Below are positions 43,364 through 59,055 of a stretch of 64,000 bases of DNA, piece after piece. The notes beneath the pieces were generated by a model. It was not told the DNA's origin. It ran no database searches and saw only the letters and a list, made by a program, of their open reading frames with translations. The translations under genes and the position numbers were made by a program. Every line of letters starts with the position of its first letter. Position 1 is the first letter of the stretch. Location of the stretch: NCBI GenBank assembly GCA_964016885.1, contig OZ024756.1, positions 2,542,001 through 2,606,000 of the forward strand, written 5' to 3'. This stretch comes from Eledone cirrhosa (Eukaryota).

Positions 43364-46300
43364 TGTCAAGTCAGTACCACTACTACTGAAGTGTATGTCA
43401 AGTCGGTGTCACTACTACTGCAGTCCATGTCAAGTCGGTGTCACTACTACTGCAGTGTATGTCAAGTCGGTGTCACTACTACTGCAGTCCATGTCAAGTC
43501 GGTGACACTACTACTGCAGTGTATGTCAAGTCAGTGTCACTATTACTGCAGTCCATGTCAAGTCGGTGTCACTACTACTGCAGTGTATGTCAAGTCACTG
43601 TCACTACTACTGCAGTGTATGTCAAGTCAGTACCACTACTACTGAAGTGTATGTCAAGTCGGTGTCACTACTACTGCAGTCCATGTCAAGTCGGTGTCAC
43701 TACTACTGCAGTCCATGTCAAGTCGGTGTCACTACTACTGCAATGTATGTCAAGTCAGTGTCACTACTACTGCAGTGTATGTCAAGTCAGTGTCACTACT
43801 ACTGCAGTGTATGTCAAGTCAGTGTCACTACTACTGAAGTGTATGTCAAGTCAGTGTCACTACTACTGCAATGTATGTCAAGTCAGTGTCACTACTACTG
43901 CAGTGTATGTCAAGTCAGTGTCACTACTACTGCAGTCCATGTCAAGTCGGTGTCACTACTACTGCAGTGTATGTCAAGTCAGTGTCACTTCTACTGCAGT
44001 GTATGTCAAGTCAGTGTCACTACTACTGCAGTGTATGGCAAGTCAGTGTCACTACTACTGAAGTGTATGTCAAGTCAGGTTCACTATTACTGCAGTGTAT
44101 GTCAAGTCAGTGTCACTACTACTGCAGTGTATGTCAAGTCAGTGTCACTACTACTGCAGTGTATGTCAAGTCAGTGTCACTACTACGGCAGTGTATGTCA
44201 AGTCAGTGTCACTACTACTGCAGTGTATGTAAAGTCAGTGCCACTACTACTGCAGTGTATGTCAAGTCAGTGTCACTACTACTACAGTGTATGTCAAGTC
44301 AGTGTCACTACTATTGCAGTGTATGTCAAGTCAGTACCACTACTACTGCGGTGTATGTCATGTCAGTGTCACTAATACTGAAGTGTATGTCAAGTCAGTG
44401 CCACTACTACTGCAGTGTATGTCAAGTCAGTGCCACTACTACTGCAGTGTATGTCAAGTCAGTGTCACTACTACTGCAGTGTATGTCAAGTCAGTGTCAC
44501 TAGTACTGCAGTTATATGTCAAGTCAGTGTCACTACTACTGCAGTGTATGTCAAGTCAGTGTCACTACTACTGCAGTGTATGTCAAGTCAGTGTCACTAC
44601 TACTGCAGTGCATGTCAATCAGTGCCACTACTACTGCAGTACATGTCAAGTCAGTGTCACTACTACTGAAGTATATGTCAAGTCAGTGCCACTACTACTG
44701 CAGTGCATGTCAAGTCAGTGCCACTACTACTGCAGTGTATGTCAAGTCAGTGTCACTACTACTGCAGTGTATGTCAAGTCAGTGCCACTACTACTGCAGT
44801 GTATGTCAAGTCAGTGTCACTACAACTGCAGTGCATGTCAAGTCACTGTCACTACTACTGTAATGTATGTCAAGTCAGTGTCACTACTACTGCAGTGCAT
44901 GTCAAGTCAGTGTCACTACTACTGCAGTGTATGTCAAGTCAGTGTCACTACAACTGCAGAGCATGTCAAGTCAGTGTCACTGCTACTGCAGTGTATGTCA
45001 AGTCAGTACCACTACTACTGCAGTGTATGTCAAGTCAGTGTCACTACTACTGCAGTGTATGTCAAGTCAGTGCCACTACTACTGCAGTGTATGTCAAGTC
45101 AGTGTCACTACTACTGAAGTGTATGTCAAGTCAGTGTCACTACTACTGCAGTGTATGTCAAGTCAGTGTCACTACTACTGCAGTGTATGTCAAGTCAGTG
45201 CCACTACTACTGCAGTGTATGTCAAGTCTGTGTCACTACTACTGCAGTACATGTCAAGTCAGTGCCACTACTACTGCAGTGTATGTCAAGTCAGTGTCAC
45301 TACTACTGCAGTGTATGTCAAGTCAGTGCCACTACTACTGCAGTGTATGTCTAGTCAGTACCACTACTACTGAATTGTATGTCAAGTCGGTGTCACTACT
45401 ACTGCAGTCCATGTCAAGTCGGTGTCACTACTACTGCAGTGTATGTCAAGTCAGTGCCACTACTACTGCAGTGTATGTCAAGTCAGTGTCACTACTACTG
45501 AAGTGTATGTCAAGTCAGCGTCACTACTACTGAAGTGTATGTCAAGTCAGTAACACTACTACTGCAGTGTATGTCAAGTCAGTGTCACTACTACTGCAGT
45601 GCATGTCAAGTCGGTGTCACTACTACTGCAGTACATGTCAAGTCAGCGTCACTACTACTGAAGTGTATGTCAAGTCGGTGTCACTACTACTGCAGTCCAT
45701 GTCAAGTCGGTGTCACTACTACTGCAGTCCATGTCAAGTCGGTGTCACTACTACTGCAGTGTATGTCAAGTCACTGTCACTACTACTGCAGTGTATGTCA
45801 AGTCAGTACCACTACTACTGAAGTGTATGTCAAGTCGGTGTCACTACTACTGCAGTCCATGTCAAGTCGGTGTCACTACTACTGCAGTGTATGTCAAGTC
45901 GGTGTCACTACTACTGCAGTCCATGTCAAGTCGGTGACACTACTACTGCAGTGTATGTCAAGTCGGTGTCACTATTACTGCAGTCCATGTCAAGTCGGTG
46001 TCACTACTACTGCAGTGTATGTCAAGTCACTGTCACTACTACTGCAGTGTATGTCAAGTCAGTACCACTACTACTGAAGTGTATGTCAAGTCGGTGTCAC
46101 TACTACTGCAGTTCATGTCAAGTCGGTGTCACTACTACTGCAGTCCATGTCAAGTCGGTGTCACTACTACTGCAATGTATGTCAAGTCAGTGTCACTACT
46201 ACTGCAGTGTATGTCAAGTCAGTGTCACTACTACTGCAGTGTATGTCAAGTCAGTGTCACTACTACTGAAGTGTATGTCAAGTCAGTGTCACTACTACTG

Positions 46301-49300
46301 CAATGTATGTCAAGTCAGTGTCACTACTACTGCAGTGTATGTCAAGTCAGTGTCACTACTACTGCAGTCCATGTCAAGTCGGTGTCACTACTACTGCAGT
46401 GTATGTCAAGTCAGTGTCACTTCTACTGCAGTGTATGTCAAGTCAGTGTCACTACTACTGCAGTGTATGGCAAGTCAGTGTCACTACTACTGAAGTGTAT
46501 GTCAAGTCAGGTTCACTATTACTGCAGTGTATGTCAAGTCAGTGTCACTACTACTGCAGTGTATGTCAAGTCAGTGTCACTACTACTGCAGTGTATGTCA
46601 AGTCAGTGTCACTACTACGGCAGTGTATGTCAAGTCAGTGTCACTACTACTGCAGTGTATGTAAAGTCAGTGCCACTACTACTGCAGTGTATGTCAAGTC
46701 AGTGTCACTACTACTACAGTGTATGTCAAGTCAGTGTCACTACTATTGCAGTGTATGTCAAGTCAGTACCACTACTACTGCAGTGTATGTCATGTCAGTG
46801 TCACTAATACTGAAGTGTATGTCAAGTCAGTGCCACTACTACTGCAGTGTATGTCAAGTCAGTGCCACTACTACTGCAGTGTATGTCAAGTCAGTGTCAC
46901 TACTACTGCAGTGTATGTCAAGTCAGTGTCACTACTACTGCAGTGTATATCAAGTCAGTGTCCCTACTACTGCAGTGCATGTCAAGTCAGTGTCACTACT
47001 ACTGCAGTGTATGTCAAGTCAGTGCCACTACTACTGCAGTCCATGTCAAGTCGGTGTCACTACTATTGCAGTGTATGTCAAGTCAGAGTCACTACTACTG
47101 CAGTGTATGTCAAGTCAGTGTCACTACTACTGCAGTACATGTCAAGTCAGTGTCTCTACTACTGAAGTGTATGTCAAGTCAGTGTCACTACTACTGCAGT
47201 GTATGTCAAGTCAGTGTCACTACTACTGCACTGTATGTCAAGTCAGTGCCACTACTACTGCAGTGTATGTCAAGTCAGTGCCACTACTACTGCAGTGTAT
47301 GTCAAGTCAGTGTCACTACTACTGCAGTGTATGTCAAGTCAGTGCCACTACTACTGCAGTGTATGTCAAGTCAGTGTCACTACTACTGCACTGTATGTCA
47401 AGTCAGTGACACTACTACTGCAGTACATGTCTTGTCAGTGTCACTACTACTGCAGTGTATGTCAAGTCAGTACCACTACTACTGCTGTGTATGTCAAGTC
47501 AGTGTCACTACTACGGCAGTACATGTCAAGTCAGTGTCACTCCTACTGAAGTGTATGTCAAGTCAGTGTCACTACTACTGCAGTACATGTCAAGTCAGTG
47601 CCACTACTACTGCAGTGTATGTCAAGTCAGTGTCACTACTACTGCAGTTATATGTCAAGTCAGTGTCACTACTACTGCAGTGTATTGCAAGTCAGTGTGA
47701 CTACTACTGAAGTGTATGTCAAGTCAGTGTCACTACTACTGCAGTGTATGTCAAGTCAGTTCCACTACTACTGCAGTACATGTCAAGTCAGTGTTACTAC
47801 TACTGAAGTGTATGTCAAGTCAGTGTCACTACTACTGCAGTGCATGTCAAGTCAGTGCCACTACTACTGCAGTGTATGTCAAGTCAGTGTCACTACTACT
47901 GCAGTTATATGTCAAGTCAGTACCACTACTACTGAAGTGTATGTCAAGTCGGTGTCACTACTACTGCAGTCCATGTCAAGTCGGTGTCACTACTACTGCA
48001 GTGTATGTCAAGTCGGTGTCACTACTACTGCAGTCCATGTCAAGTCGGTGACACTACTACTGCAGTGTATGTCAAGTCAGTGTCACTATTACTGCAGTCC
48101 ATGTCAAGTCGGTGTCACTACTACTGCAGTGTATGTCAAGTCACTGTCACTACTACTGCAGTGTATGTCAAGTCAGTACCACTACTACTGAAGTGTATGT
48201 CAAGTCGGTGTCACTACTACTGCAGTCCATGTCAAGTCGGTGTCACTACTACTGCAGTCCATGTCAAGTCGGTGTCACTACTACTGCAATGTATGTCAAG
48301 TCAGTGTCACTACTACTGCAGTGTATGTCAAGTCAGTGTCACTACTACTGCAGTGTATGTCAAGTCAGTGTCACTACTACTGAAGTGTATGTCAAGTCAG
48401 TGTCACTACTACTGCAATGTATGTCAAGTCAGTGTCACTACTACTGCAGTGTATGTCAAGTCAGTGTCACTACTACTGCAGTCCATGTCAAGTCGGTGTC
48501 ACTACTACTGCAGTGTATGTCAAGTCAGTGTCACTTCTACTGCAGTGTATGTCAAGTCAGTGTCACTACTACTGCAGTGTATGGCAAGTCAGTGTCACTA
48601 CTACTGAAGTGTATGTCAAGTCAGGTTCACTATTACTGCAGTGTATGTCAAGTCAGTGTCACTACTACTGCAGTGTATGTCAAGTCAGTGTCACTACTAC
48701 TGCAGTGTATGTCAAGTCAGTGTCACTACTACGGCAGTGTATGTCAAGTCAGTGTCACTACTACTGCAGTGTATGTAAAGTCAGTGCCACTACTACTGCA
48801 GTGTATGTCAAGTCAGTGTCACTACTACTACAGTGTATGTCAAGTCAGTGTCACTACTATTGCAGTGTATGTCAAGTCAGTACCACTACTACTGCGGTGT
48901 ATGTCATGTCAGTGTCACTAATACTGAAGTGTATGTCAAGTCAGTGCCACTACTACTGCAGTGTATGTCAAGTCAGTGCCACTACTACTGCAGTGTATGT
49001 CAAGTCAGTGTCACTACTACTGCAGTGTATGTCAAGTCAGTGTCACTAGTACTGCAGTTATATGTCAAGTCAGTGTCACTACTACTGCAGTGTATGTCAA
49101 GTCAGTGTCACTACTACTGCAGTGTATGTCAAGTCAGTGTCACTACTACTGCAGTGCATGTCAATCAGTGCCACTACTACTGCAGTACATGTCAAGTCAG
49201 TGTCACTACTACTGAAGTATATGTCAAGTCAGTGCCACTACTACTGCAGTGCATGTCAAGTCAGTGCCACTACTACTGCAGTGTATGTCAAGTCAGTGTC

Positions 49301-52300
49301 ACTACTACTGCAGTGTATGTCAAGTCAGTGCCACTACTACTGCAGTGTATGTCAAGTCAGTGTCACTACAACTGCAGTGCATGTCAAGTCACTGTCACTA
49401 CTACTGTAATGTATGTCAAGTCAGTGTCACTACTACTGCAGTGCATGTCAAGTCAGTGTCACTACTACTGCAGTGTATGTCAAGTCAGTGTCACTACAAC
49501 TGCAGAGCATGTCAAGTCAGTGTCACTGCTACTGCAGTGTATGTCAAGTCAGTACCACTACTACTGCAGTGTATGTCAAGTCAGTGTCACTACTACTGCA
49601 GTGTATGTCAAGTCAGTGCCACTACTACTGCAGTGTATGTCAAGTCAGTGTCACTACTACTGAAGTGTATGTCAAGTCAGTGTCACTACTACTGCAGTGT
49701 ATGTCAAGTCAGTGTCACTACTACTGCAGTGTATGTCAAGTCAGTGCCACTACTACTGCAGTGTATGTCAAGTCTGTGTCACTACTACTGCAGTACATGT
49801 CAAGTCAGTGCCACTACTACTGCAGTGTATGTCAAGTCAGTGTCACTACTACTGCAGTGTATGTCAAGTCAGTGCCACTACTACTGCAGTGTATGTCTAG
49901 TCAGTACCACTACTACTGAATTGTATGTCAAGTCGGTGTCACTACTACTGCAGTCCATGTCAAGTCGGTGTCACTACTACTGCAGTGTATGTCAAGTCAG
50001 TGCCACTACTACTGCAGTGTATGTCAAGTCAGTGTCACTACTACTGAAGTGTATGTCAAGTCAGCGTCACTACTACTGAAGTGTATGTCAAGTCAGTAAC
50101 ACTACTACTGCAGTGTATGTCAAGTCAGTGTCACTACTACTGCAGTGCATGTCAAGTCGGTGTCACTACTACTGCAGTACATGTCAAGTCAGCGTCACTA
50201 CTACTGAAGTGTATGTCAAGTCGGTGTCACTACTACTGCAGTCCATGTCAAGTCGGTGTCACTACTACTGCAGTCCATGTCAAGTCGGTGTCACTACTAC
50301 TGCAGTGTATGTCAAGTCACTGTCACTACTACTGCAGTGTATGTCAAGTCAGTACCACTACTACTGAAGTGTATGTCAAGTCGGTGTCACTACTACTGCA
50401 GTCCATGTCAAGTCGGTGTCACTACTACTGCAGTGTATGTCAAGTCGGTGTCACTACTACTGCAGTCCATGTCAAGTCGGTGACACTACTACTGCAGTGT
50501 ATGTCAAGTCGGTGTCACTATTACTGCAGTCCATGTCAAGTCGGTGTCACTACTACTGCAGTGTATGTCAAGTCACTGTCACTACTACTGCAGTGTATGT
50601 CAAGTCAGTACCACTACTACTGAAGTGTATGTCAAGTCGGTGTCACTACTACTGCAGTTCATGTCAAGTCGGTGTCACTACTACTGCAGTCCATGTCAAG
50701 TCGGTGTCACTACTACTGCAATGTATGTCAAGTCAGTGTCACTACTACTGCAGTGTATGTCAAGTCAGTGTCACTACTACTGCAGTGTATGTCAAGTCAG
50801 TGTCACTACTACTGAAGTGTATGTCAAGTCAGTGTCACTACTACTGCAATGTATGTCAAGTCAGTGTCACTACTACTGCAGTGTATGTCAAGTCAGTGTC
50901 ACTACTACTGCAGTCCATGTCAAGTCGGTGTCACTACTACTGCAGTGTATGTCAAGTCAGTGTCACTTCTACTGCAGTGTATGTCAAGTCAGTGTCACTA
51001 CTACTGCAGTGTATGGCAAGTCAGTGTCACTACTACTGAAGTGTATGTCAAGTCAGGTTCACTATTACTGCAGTGTATGTCAAGTCAGTGTCACTACTAC
51101 TGCAGTGTATGTCAAGTCAGTGTCACTACTACTGCAGTGTATGTCAAGTCAGTGTCACTACTACGGCAGTGTATGTCAAGTCAGTGTCACTACTACTGCA
51201 GTGTATGTAAAGTCAGTGCCACTACTACTGCAGTGTATGTCAAGTCAGTGTCACTACTACTACAGTGTATGTCAAGTCAGTGTCACTACTATTGCAGTGT
51301 ATGTCAAGTCAGTACCACTACTACTGCAGTGTATGTCATGTCAGTGTCACTAATACTGAAGTGTATGTCAAGTCAGTGCCACTACTACTGCAGTGTATGT
51401 CAAGTCAGTGCCACTACTACTGCAGTGTATGTCAAGTCAGTGTCACTACTACTGCAGTGTATGTCAAGTCAGTGTCACTACTACTGCAGTGTATATCAAG
51501 TCAGTGTCCCTACTACTGCAGTGCATGTCAAGTCAGTGTCACTACTACTGCAGTGTATGTCAAGTCAGTGCCACTACTACTGCAGTCCATGTCAAGTCGG
51601 TGTCACTACTATTGCAGTGTATGTCAAGTCAGAGTCACTACTACTGCAGTGTATGTCAAGTCAGTGTCACTACTACTGCAGTACATGTCAAGTCAGTGTC
51701 TCTACTACTGAAGTGTATGTCAAGTCAGTGTCACTACTACTGCAGTGTATGTCAAGTCAGTGTCACTACTACTGCACTGTATGTCAAGTCAGTGCCACTA
51801 CTACTGCAGTGTATGTCAAGTCAGTGCCACTACTACTGCAGTGTATGTCAAGTCAGTGTCACTACTACTGCAGTGTATGTCAAGTCAGTGCCACTACTAC
51901 TGCAGTGTATGTCAAGTCAGTGTCACTACTACTGCACTGTATGTCAAGTCAGTGACACTACTACTGCAGTACATGTCTTGTCAGTGTCACTACTACTGCA
52001 GTGTATGTCAAGTCAGTACCACTACTACTGCTGTGTATGTCAAGTCAGTGTCACTACTACGGCAGTACATGTCAAGTCAGTGTCACTCCTACTGAAGTGT
52101 ATGTCAAGTCAGTGTCACTACTACTGCAGTACATGTCAAGTCAGTGCCACTACTACTGCAGTGTATGTCAAGTCAGTGTCACTACTACTGCAGTTATATG
52201 TCAAGTCAGTGTCACTACTACTGCAGTGTATTGCAAGTCAGTGTGACTACTACTGAAGTGTATGTCAAGTCAGTGTCACTACTACTGCAGTGTATGTCAA

Positions 52301-52467
52301 GTCAGTTCCACTACTACTGCAGTACATGTCAAGTCAGTGTTACTACTACTGAAGTGTATGTCAAGTCAGTGTCACTACTACTGCAGTGCATGTCAAGTCA
52401 GTGCCACTACTACTGCAGTGTATGTCAAGTCAGTGTCACTACTACTGCAGTTATATGTCAAGTCAGT
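43364..52467. repeat. Tandem duplication of a 4546-bp (142-monomer, +2 bp) HOR unit
   Basis: Offsets are 43438/47984, 45535/50081 and 47455/52001. Private variants shared by both copies: CTGCGGTG ~44347/48893, CACTAGTAC ~44498/49044, GTTCATG 46111/50657, TCTTGTC 47430/51976. Confidence 0.94.
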
Positions 52468-55400
52468 GTCACTACTACTGCAGTGTATGTCAAGTCAGTG
52501 TCACTACTACTGCAGTGTATGTCAAGTCAGTGTCACTACTACTGCAGTGCATGTCAATCAGTGCCACTACTACTGCAGTACATGTCAAGTCAGTGTCACT
52601 ACTACTGAAGTATATGTCAAGTCAGTGCCACTACTACTGCAGTGCATGTCAAGTCAGTGCCACTACTACTGCAGTGTATGTCAAGTCAGTGTCACTACTA
52701 CTGCAGTGTATGTCAAGTCAGTGCCACTACTACTGCAGTGTATGTCAAGTCAGTGTCACTACAACTGCAGTGCATGTCAAGTCAGTGTCACTACTACTGT
52801 AATGTATGTCAAGTCAGTGTCACTACTACTGCAGTGCATGTCAAGTCAGTGTCACTACTACTGCAGTGTATGTCAAGTCAGTGTCACTACAACTGCAGAG
52901 CATGTTAAGTCAGTGTCACTGCTACTGCAGTGTATGTCAAGTCAGTACCACTACTACTGCAGTGTATGTCAAGTCAGTGTCACTACTACTGCAGTGTATG
53001 TCAAGTCAGTGCCACTACTACTGCAGTGTATGTCAAGTCAGTGTCACTACTACTGAAGTGTATGTCAAGTCAGTGTCACTACTACTGCAGTGTATGTCAA
53101 GTCAGTGTCACTACTACTGCAGTGTATGTCAAGTCAGTGCCACTACTACTGCAGTGTATGTCAAGTCTGTGTCACTACTACTGCAGTACATGTCAAGTCA
53201 GTGCCACTACTACTGCAGTGTATGTCAAGTCAGTGTCACTACTACTGCAGTGTATGTCAAGTCAGTGCCACTACTACTGCAGTGTATGTCTAGTCAGTAC
53301 CACTACTACTGAATTGTATGTCAAGTCGGTGTCACTACTACTGCAGTCCATGTCAAGTCGGTGTCACTACTACTGCAGTGTATGTCAAGTCAGTGCCACT
53401 ACTACTGCAGTGTATGTCAAGTCAGTGTCACTACTACTGAAGTGTATGTCAAGTCAGCGTCACTACTACTGAAGTGTATGTCAAGTCAGTAACACTACTA
53501 CTGCAGTGTATGTCAAGTCAGTGTCACTACTACTGCAGTGCATGTCAAGTCGGTGTCACTACTACTGCAGTACATGTCAAGTCAGCGTCACTACTACTGA
53601 AGTGTATGTCAAGTCGGTGTCACTACTACTGCAGTCCATGTCAAGTCGGTGTCACTACTACTGCAGTCCATGTCAAGTCGGTGTCACTACTACTGCAGTG
53701 TATGTCAAGTCACTGTCACTACTACTGCAGTGTATGTCAAGTCAGTACCACTACTACTGAAGTGTATGTCAAGTCGGTGTCACTACTACTGCAGTCCATG
53801 TCAAGTCGGTGTCACTACTACTGCAGTGTATGTCAAGTCGGTGTCACTACTACTGCAGTCCATGTCAAGTCGGTGACACTACTACTGCAGTGTATGTCAA
53901 GTCAGTGTCACTATTACTGCAGTCCATGTCAAGTCGGTGTCACTACTACTGCAGTGTATGTCAAGTCACTGTCACTACTACTGCAGTGTATGTCAAGTCA
54001 GTACCACTACTACTGAAGTGTATGTCAAGTCGGTGTCACTACTACTGCAGTCCATGTCAAGTCGGTGTCACTACTACTGCAGTCCATGTCAAGTCGGTGT
54101 CACTACTACTGCAATGTATGTCAAGTCAGTGTCACTACTACTGCAGTGTATGTCAAGTCAGTGTCACTACTACTGAAGTGTATGTCAAGTCAGTGTCACT
54201 ACTACTGCAATGTATGTCAAGTCAGTGTCACTACTACTGCAGTGTATGTCAAGTCAGTGTCACTACTACTGCAGTCCATGTCAAGTCGGTGTCACTACTA
54301 CTGCAGTGTATGTCAAGTCAGTGTCACTTCTACTGCAGTGTATGTCAAGTCAGTGTCACTACTACTGCAGTGTATGGCAAGTCAGTGTCACTACTACTGA
54401 AGTGTATGTCAAGTCAGGTTCACTATTACTGCAGTGTATGTCAAGTCAGTGTCACTACTACTGCAGTGTATGTCAAGTCAGTGTCACTACTACTGCAGTG
54501 TATGTCAAGTCAGTGTCACTACTACGGCAGTGTATGTCAAGTCAGTGTCACTACTACTGCAGTGTATGTCAAGTCAGTGCCACTACTACTGCAGTGTATG
54601 TCAAGTCAGTGTCACTACTACTACAGTGTATGTCAAGTCAGTGTCACTACTATTGCAGTGTATGTCAAGTCAGTACCACTACTACTGCAGTGTATGTCAT
54701 GTCAGTGTCACTAATACTGAAGTGTATGTCAAGTCAGTGCCACTACTAATGCAGTGTATGTCAAGTCAGTGCCACTACTACTGCAGTGTATGTCAAGTCA
54801 GTGTCACTACTACTGCAGTGTATGTCAAGTCAGTGTCACTACTACTGCAGTTATATGTCAAGTCAGTGTCACTACTACTGCAGTGTATGTCAAGTCAGTG
54901 TCACTACTACTGCAGTGTATGTCAAGTCAGTGTCACTACTACTGCAGTGCATGTCAATCAGTGCCACTACTACTGCAGTACATGTCAAGTCAGTGTCACT
55001 ACTACTGAAGTATATGTCAAGTCAGTGCCACTACTACTGCAGTGCATGTCAAGTCAGTGCCACTACTACTGCAGTGTATGTCAAGTCAGTGTCACTACTA
55101 CTGCAGTGTATGTCAAGTCAGTGCCACTACTACTGCAGTGTATGTCAAGTCAGTGTCACTACAACTGCAGTGCATGTCAAGTCAGTGTCACTACTACTGT
55201 AATGTATGTCAAGTCAGTGTCACTACTACTGCAGTGCATGTCAAGTCAGTGTCACTACTACTGCAGTGTATGTCAAGTCAGTGTCACTACAACTGCAGAG
55301 CATGTCAAGTCAGTGTCACTGCTACTGCAGTGTATGTCAAGTCAGTACCACTACTACTGCAGTGTATGTCAAGTCAGTGTCACTACTACTGTAGTGTATG

Positions 55401-58400
55401 TCAAGTCAGTGCCACTACTACTGCAGTGTATGTCAAGTCAGTGTCACTACTACTGAAGTGTATGTCAAGTCAGTGTCACTACTACTGCAGTGTATGTCAA
55501 GTCAGTGTCACTACTACTGCAGTGTATGTCAAGTCAGTGCCACTACTACTGCAGTGTATGTCAAGTCTGTGTCACTACTACTGCAGTACATGTCAAGTCA
55601 GTGCCACTACTACTGCAGTGTATGTCAAGTCAGTGTCACTACTACTGCAGTGTATGTCAAGTCAGTGCCACTACTACTGCAGTGTATGTCTAGTCAGTAC
55701 CACTACTACTGAATTGTATGTCAAGTCAGTGTCACTACTACTGCAGTGCATGTCAAGTCAGTGCCACTACTACTGCAGTGTATGTCAAGTCAGTGTCACT
55801 ACTACTGCAGTTATATGTCAAGTCAGTGTCACTACTACTGCAGTGTATGTCAAGTCAGTGTCACTACTACTGCAGTGTATGTCAAGTCAGTGTCACTACT
55901 ACTGCAGTGCATGTCAATCAGTGCCACTACTACTGCAGTACATGTCAAGTCAGTGTCACTACTACTGAAGTATATGTCAAGTCAGTGCCACTACTACTGC
56001 AGTGCATGTCAAGTCAGTGCCACTACTACTGCAGTGTATGTCAAGTCAGTGTCACTACTACTGCAGTGTATGTCAAGTCAGTGCCACTACTACTGCAGTG
56101 TATGTCAAGTCAGTGTCACTACAACTGCAGTGCATGTCAAGTCAGTGTCACTACTACTGTAATGTATGTCAAGTCAGTGTCACTACTACTGCAGTGCATG
56201 TCAAGTCAGTGTCACTACTACTGCAGTGTATGTCAAGTCAGTGTCACTACAACTGCAGAGCATGTCAAGTCAGTGTCACTGCTACTGCAGTGTATGTCAA
56301 GTCAGTACCACTACTACTGCAGTGTATGTCAAGTCAGTGTCACTACTACTGCAGTGTATGTCAAGTCAGTGCCACTACTACTGCAGTGTATGTCAAGTCA
56401 GTGTCACTACTACTGAAGTGTATGTCAAGTCAGTGTCACTACTACTGCAGTGTATGTCAAGTCAGTGTCACTACTACTGCAGTGTATGTCAAGTCAGTGC
56501 CACTACTACTGCAGTGTATGTCAAGTCTGTGTCACTACTACTGCAGTACATGTCAAGTCAGTGCCACTACTACTGCAGTGTATGTCAAGTCAGTGTCACT
56601 ACTACTGCAGTGTATGTCAAGTCAGTGCCACTACTACTGCAGTGTATGTCTAGTCAGTACCACTACTACTGAATTGTATGTCAAGTCGGTGTCACTACTA
56701 CTGCAGTCCATGTCAAGTCGGTGTCACTACTACTGCAGTGTATGTCAAGTCAGTGCCACTACTACTGCAGTGTATGTCAAGTCAGTGTCACTACTACTGA
56801 AGTGTATGTCAAGTCAGCGTCACTACTACTGAAGTGTATGTCAAGTCAGTAACACTACTACTGCAGTGTATGTCAAGTCAGTGTCACTACTACTGCAGTG
56901 CATGTCAAGTCGGTGTCACTACTACTGCAGTACATGTCAAGTCAGCGTCACTACTACTGAAGTGTATGTCAAGTCGGTGTCACTACTACTGCAGTCCATG
57001 TCAAGTCGGTGTCACTACTACTGCAGTCCATGTCAAGTCGGTGTCACTACTACTGCAGTGTATGTCAAGTCACTGTCACTACTACTGCAGTGTATGTCAA
57101 GTCAGTACCACTACTACTGAAGTGTATGTCAAGTCGGTGTCACTACTACTGCAGTCCATGTCAAGTCGGTGTCACTACTACTGCAGTGTATGTCAAGTCG
57201 GTGTCACTACTACTGCAGTCCATGTCAAGTCGGTGACACTACTACTGCAGTGTATGTCAAGTCAGTGTCACTATTACTGCAGTCCATGTCAAGTCGGTGT
57301 CACTACTACTGCAGTGTATGTCAAGTCACTGTCACTACTACTGCAGTGTATGTCAAGTCAGTACCACTACTACTGAAGTGTATGTCAAGTCGGTGTCACT
57401 ACTACTGCAGTCCATGTCAAGTCGGTGTCACTACTACTGCAGTCCATGTCAAGTCGGTGTCACTACTACTGCAATGTATGTCAAGTCAGTGTCACTACTA
57501 CTGCAGTGTATGTCAAGTCAGTGTCACTACTACTGAAGTGTATGTCAAGTCAGTGTCACTACTACTGCAATGTATGTCAAGTCAGTGTCACTACTACTGC
57601 AGTCCATGTCAAGTCGGTGTCACTACTACTGCAGTGTATGTCAAGTCAGTGTCACTTCTACTGCAGTGTATGTCAAGTCAGTGTCACTACTACTGCAGTG
57701 TATGGCAAGTCAGTGTCACTACTACTGAAGTGTATGTCAAGTCAGGTTCACTATTACTGCAGTGTATGTCAAGTCAGTGTCACTACTACTGCAGTGTATG
57801 TCAAGTCAGTGTCACTACTACTGCAGTGTATGTCAAGTCAGTGTCACTACTACGGCAGTGTATGTCAAGTCAGTGTCACTACTACTGCAGTGTATGTCAA
57901 GTCAGTGCCACTACTACTGCAGTGTATGTCAAGTCAGTGTCACTACTACTACAGTGTATGTCAAGTCAGTGTCACTACTATTGCAGTGTATGTCAAGTCA
58001 GTACCACTACTACTGCAGTGTATGTCATGTCAGTGTCACTAATACTGAAGTGTATGTCAAGTCAGTGCCACTACTAATGCAGTGTATGTCAAGTCAGTGC
58101 CACTACTACTGCAGTGTATGTCAAGTCAGTGTCACTACTACTGCAGTGTATGTCAAGTCAGTGTCACTACTACTGCAGTTATATGTCAAGTCAGTGTCAC
58201 TACTACTGCAGTGTATGTCAAGTCAGTGTCACTACTACTGCAGTGTATGTCAAGTCAGTGTCACTACTACTGCAGTGCATGTCAATCAGTGCCACTACTA
58301 CTGCAGTACATGTCAAGTCAGTGTCACTACTACTGAAGTATATGTCAAGTCAGTGCCACTACTACTGCAGTGCATGTCAAGTCAGTGCCACTACTACTGC

Positions 58401-59055
58401 AGTGTATGTCAAGTCAGTGTCACTACTACTGCAGTGTATGTCAAGTCAGTGCCACTACTACTGCAGTGTATGTCAAGTCAGTGTCACTACAACTGCAGTG
58501 CATGTCAAGTCAGTGTCACTACTACTGTAATGTATGTCAAGTCAGTGTCACTACTACTGCAGTGCATGTCAAGTCAGTGTCACTACTACTGCAGTGTATG
58601 TCAAGTCAGTGTCACTACAACTGCAGAGCATGTCAAGTCAGTGTCACTGCTACTGCAGTGTATGTCAAGTCAGTACCACTACTACTGCAGTGTATGTCAA
58701 GTCAGTGTCACTACTACTGTAGTGTATGTCAAGTCAGTGCCACTACTACTGCAGTGTATGTCAAGTCAGTGTCACTACTACTGAAGTGTATGTCAAGTCA
58801 GTGTCACTACTACTGCAGTGTATGTCAAGTCAGTGTCACTACTACTGCAGTGTATGTCAAGTCAGTGCCACTACTACTGCAGTGTATGTCAAGTCTGTGT
58901 CACTACTACTGCAGTACATGTCAAGTCAGTGCCACTACTACTGCAGTGTATGTCAAGTCAGTGTCACTACTACTGCAGTGTATGTCAAGTCAGTGCCACT
59001 ACTACTGCAGTGTATGTCTAGTCAGTACCACTACTACTGAATTGTATGTCAAGTC
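52360..59055. repeat. Tandem duplication of a 3360-bp (105-monomer) unit; the second copy lacks one monomer near 57580 (offset becomes 3328)
   Basis: Offsets are 52386/55746 and 53474/56834 (3360), then 54434/57762 and 55042/58370 (3328). Shared variants are CTACTAATGC ~54743/58071 and CTGTAGT ~55389/58717. Confidence 0.9.
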
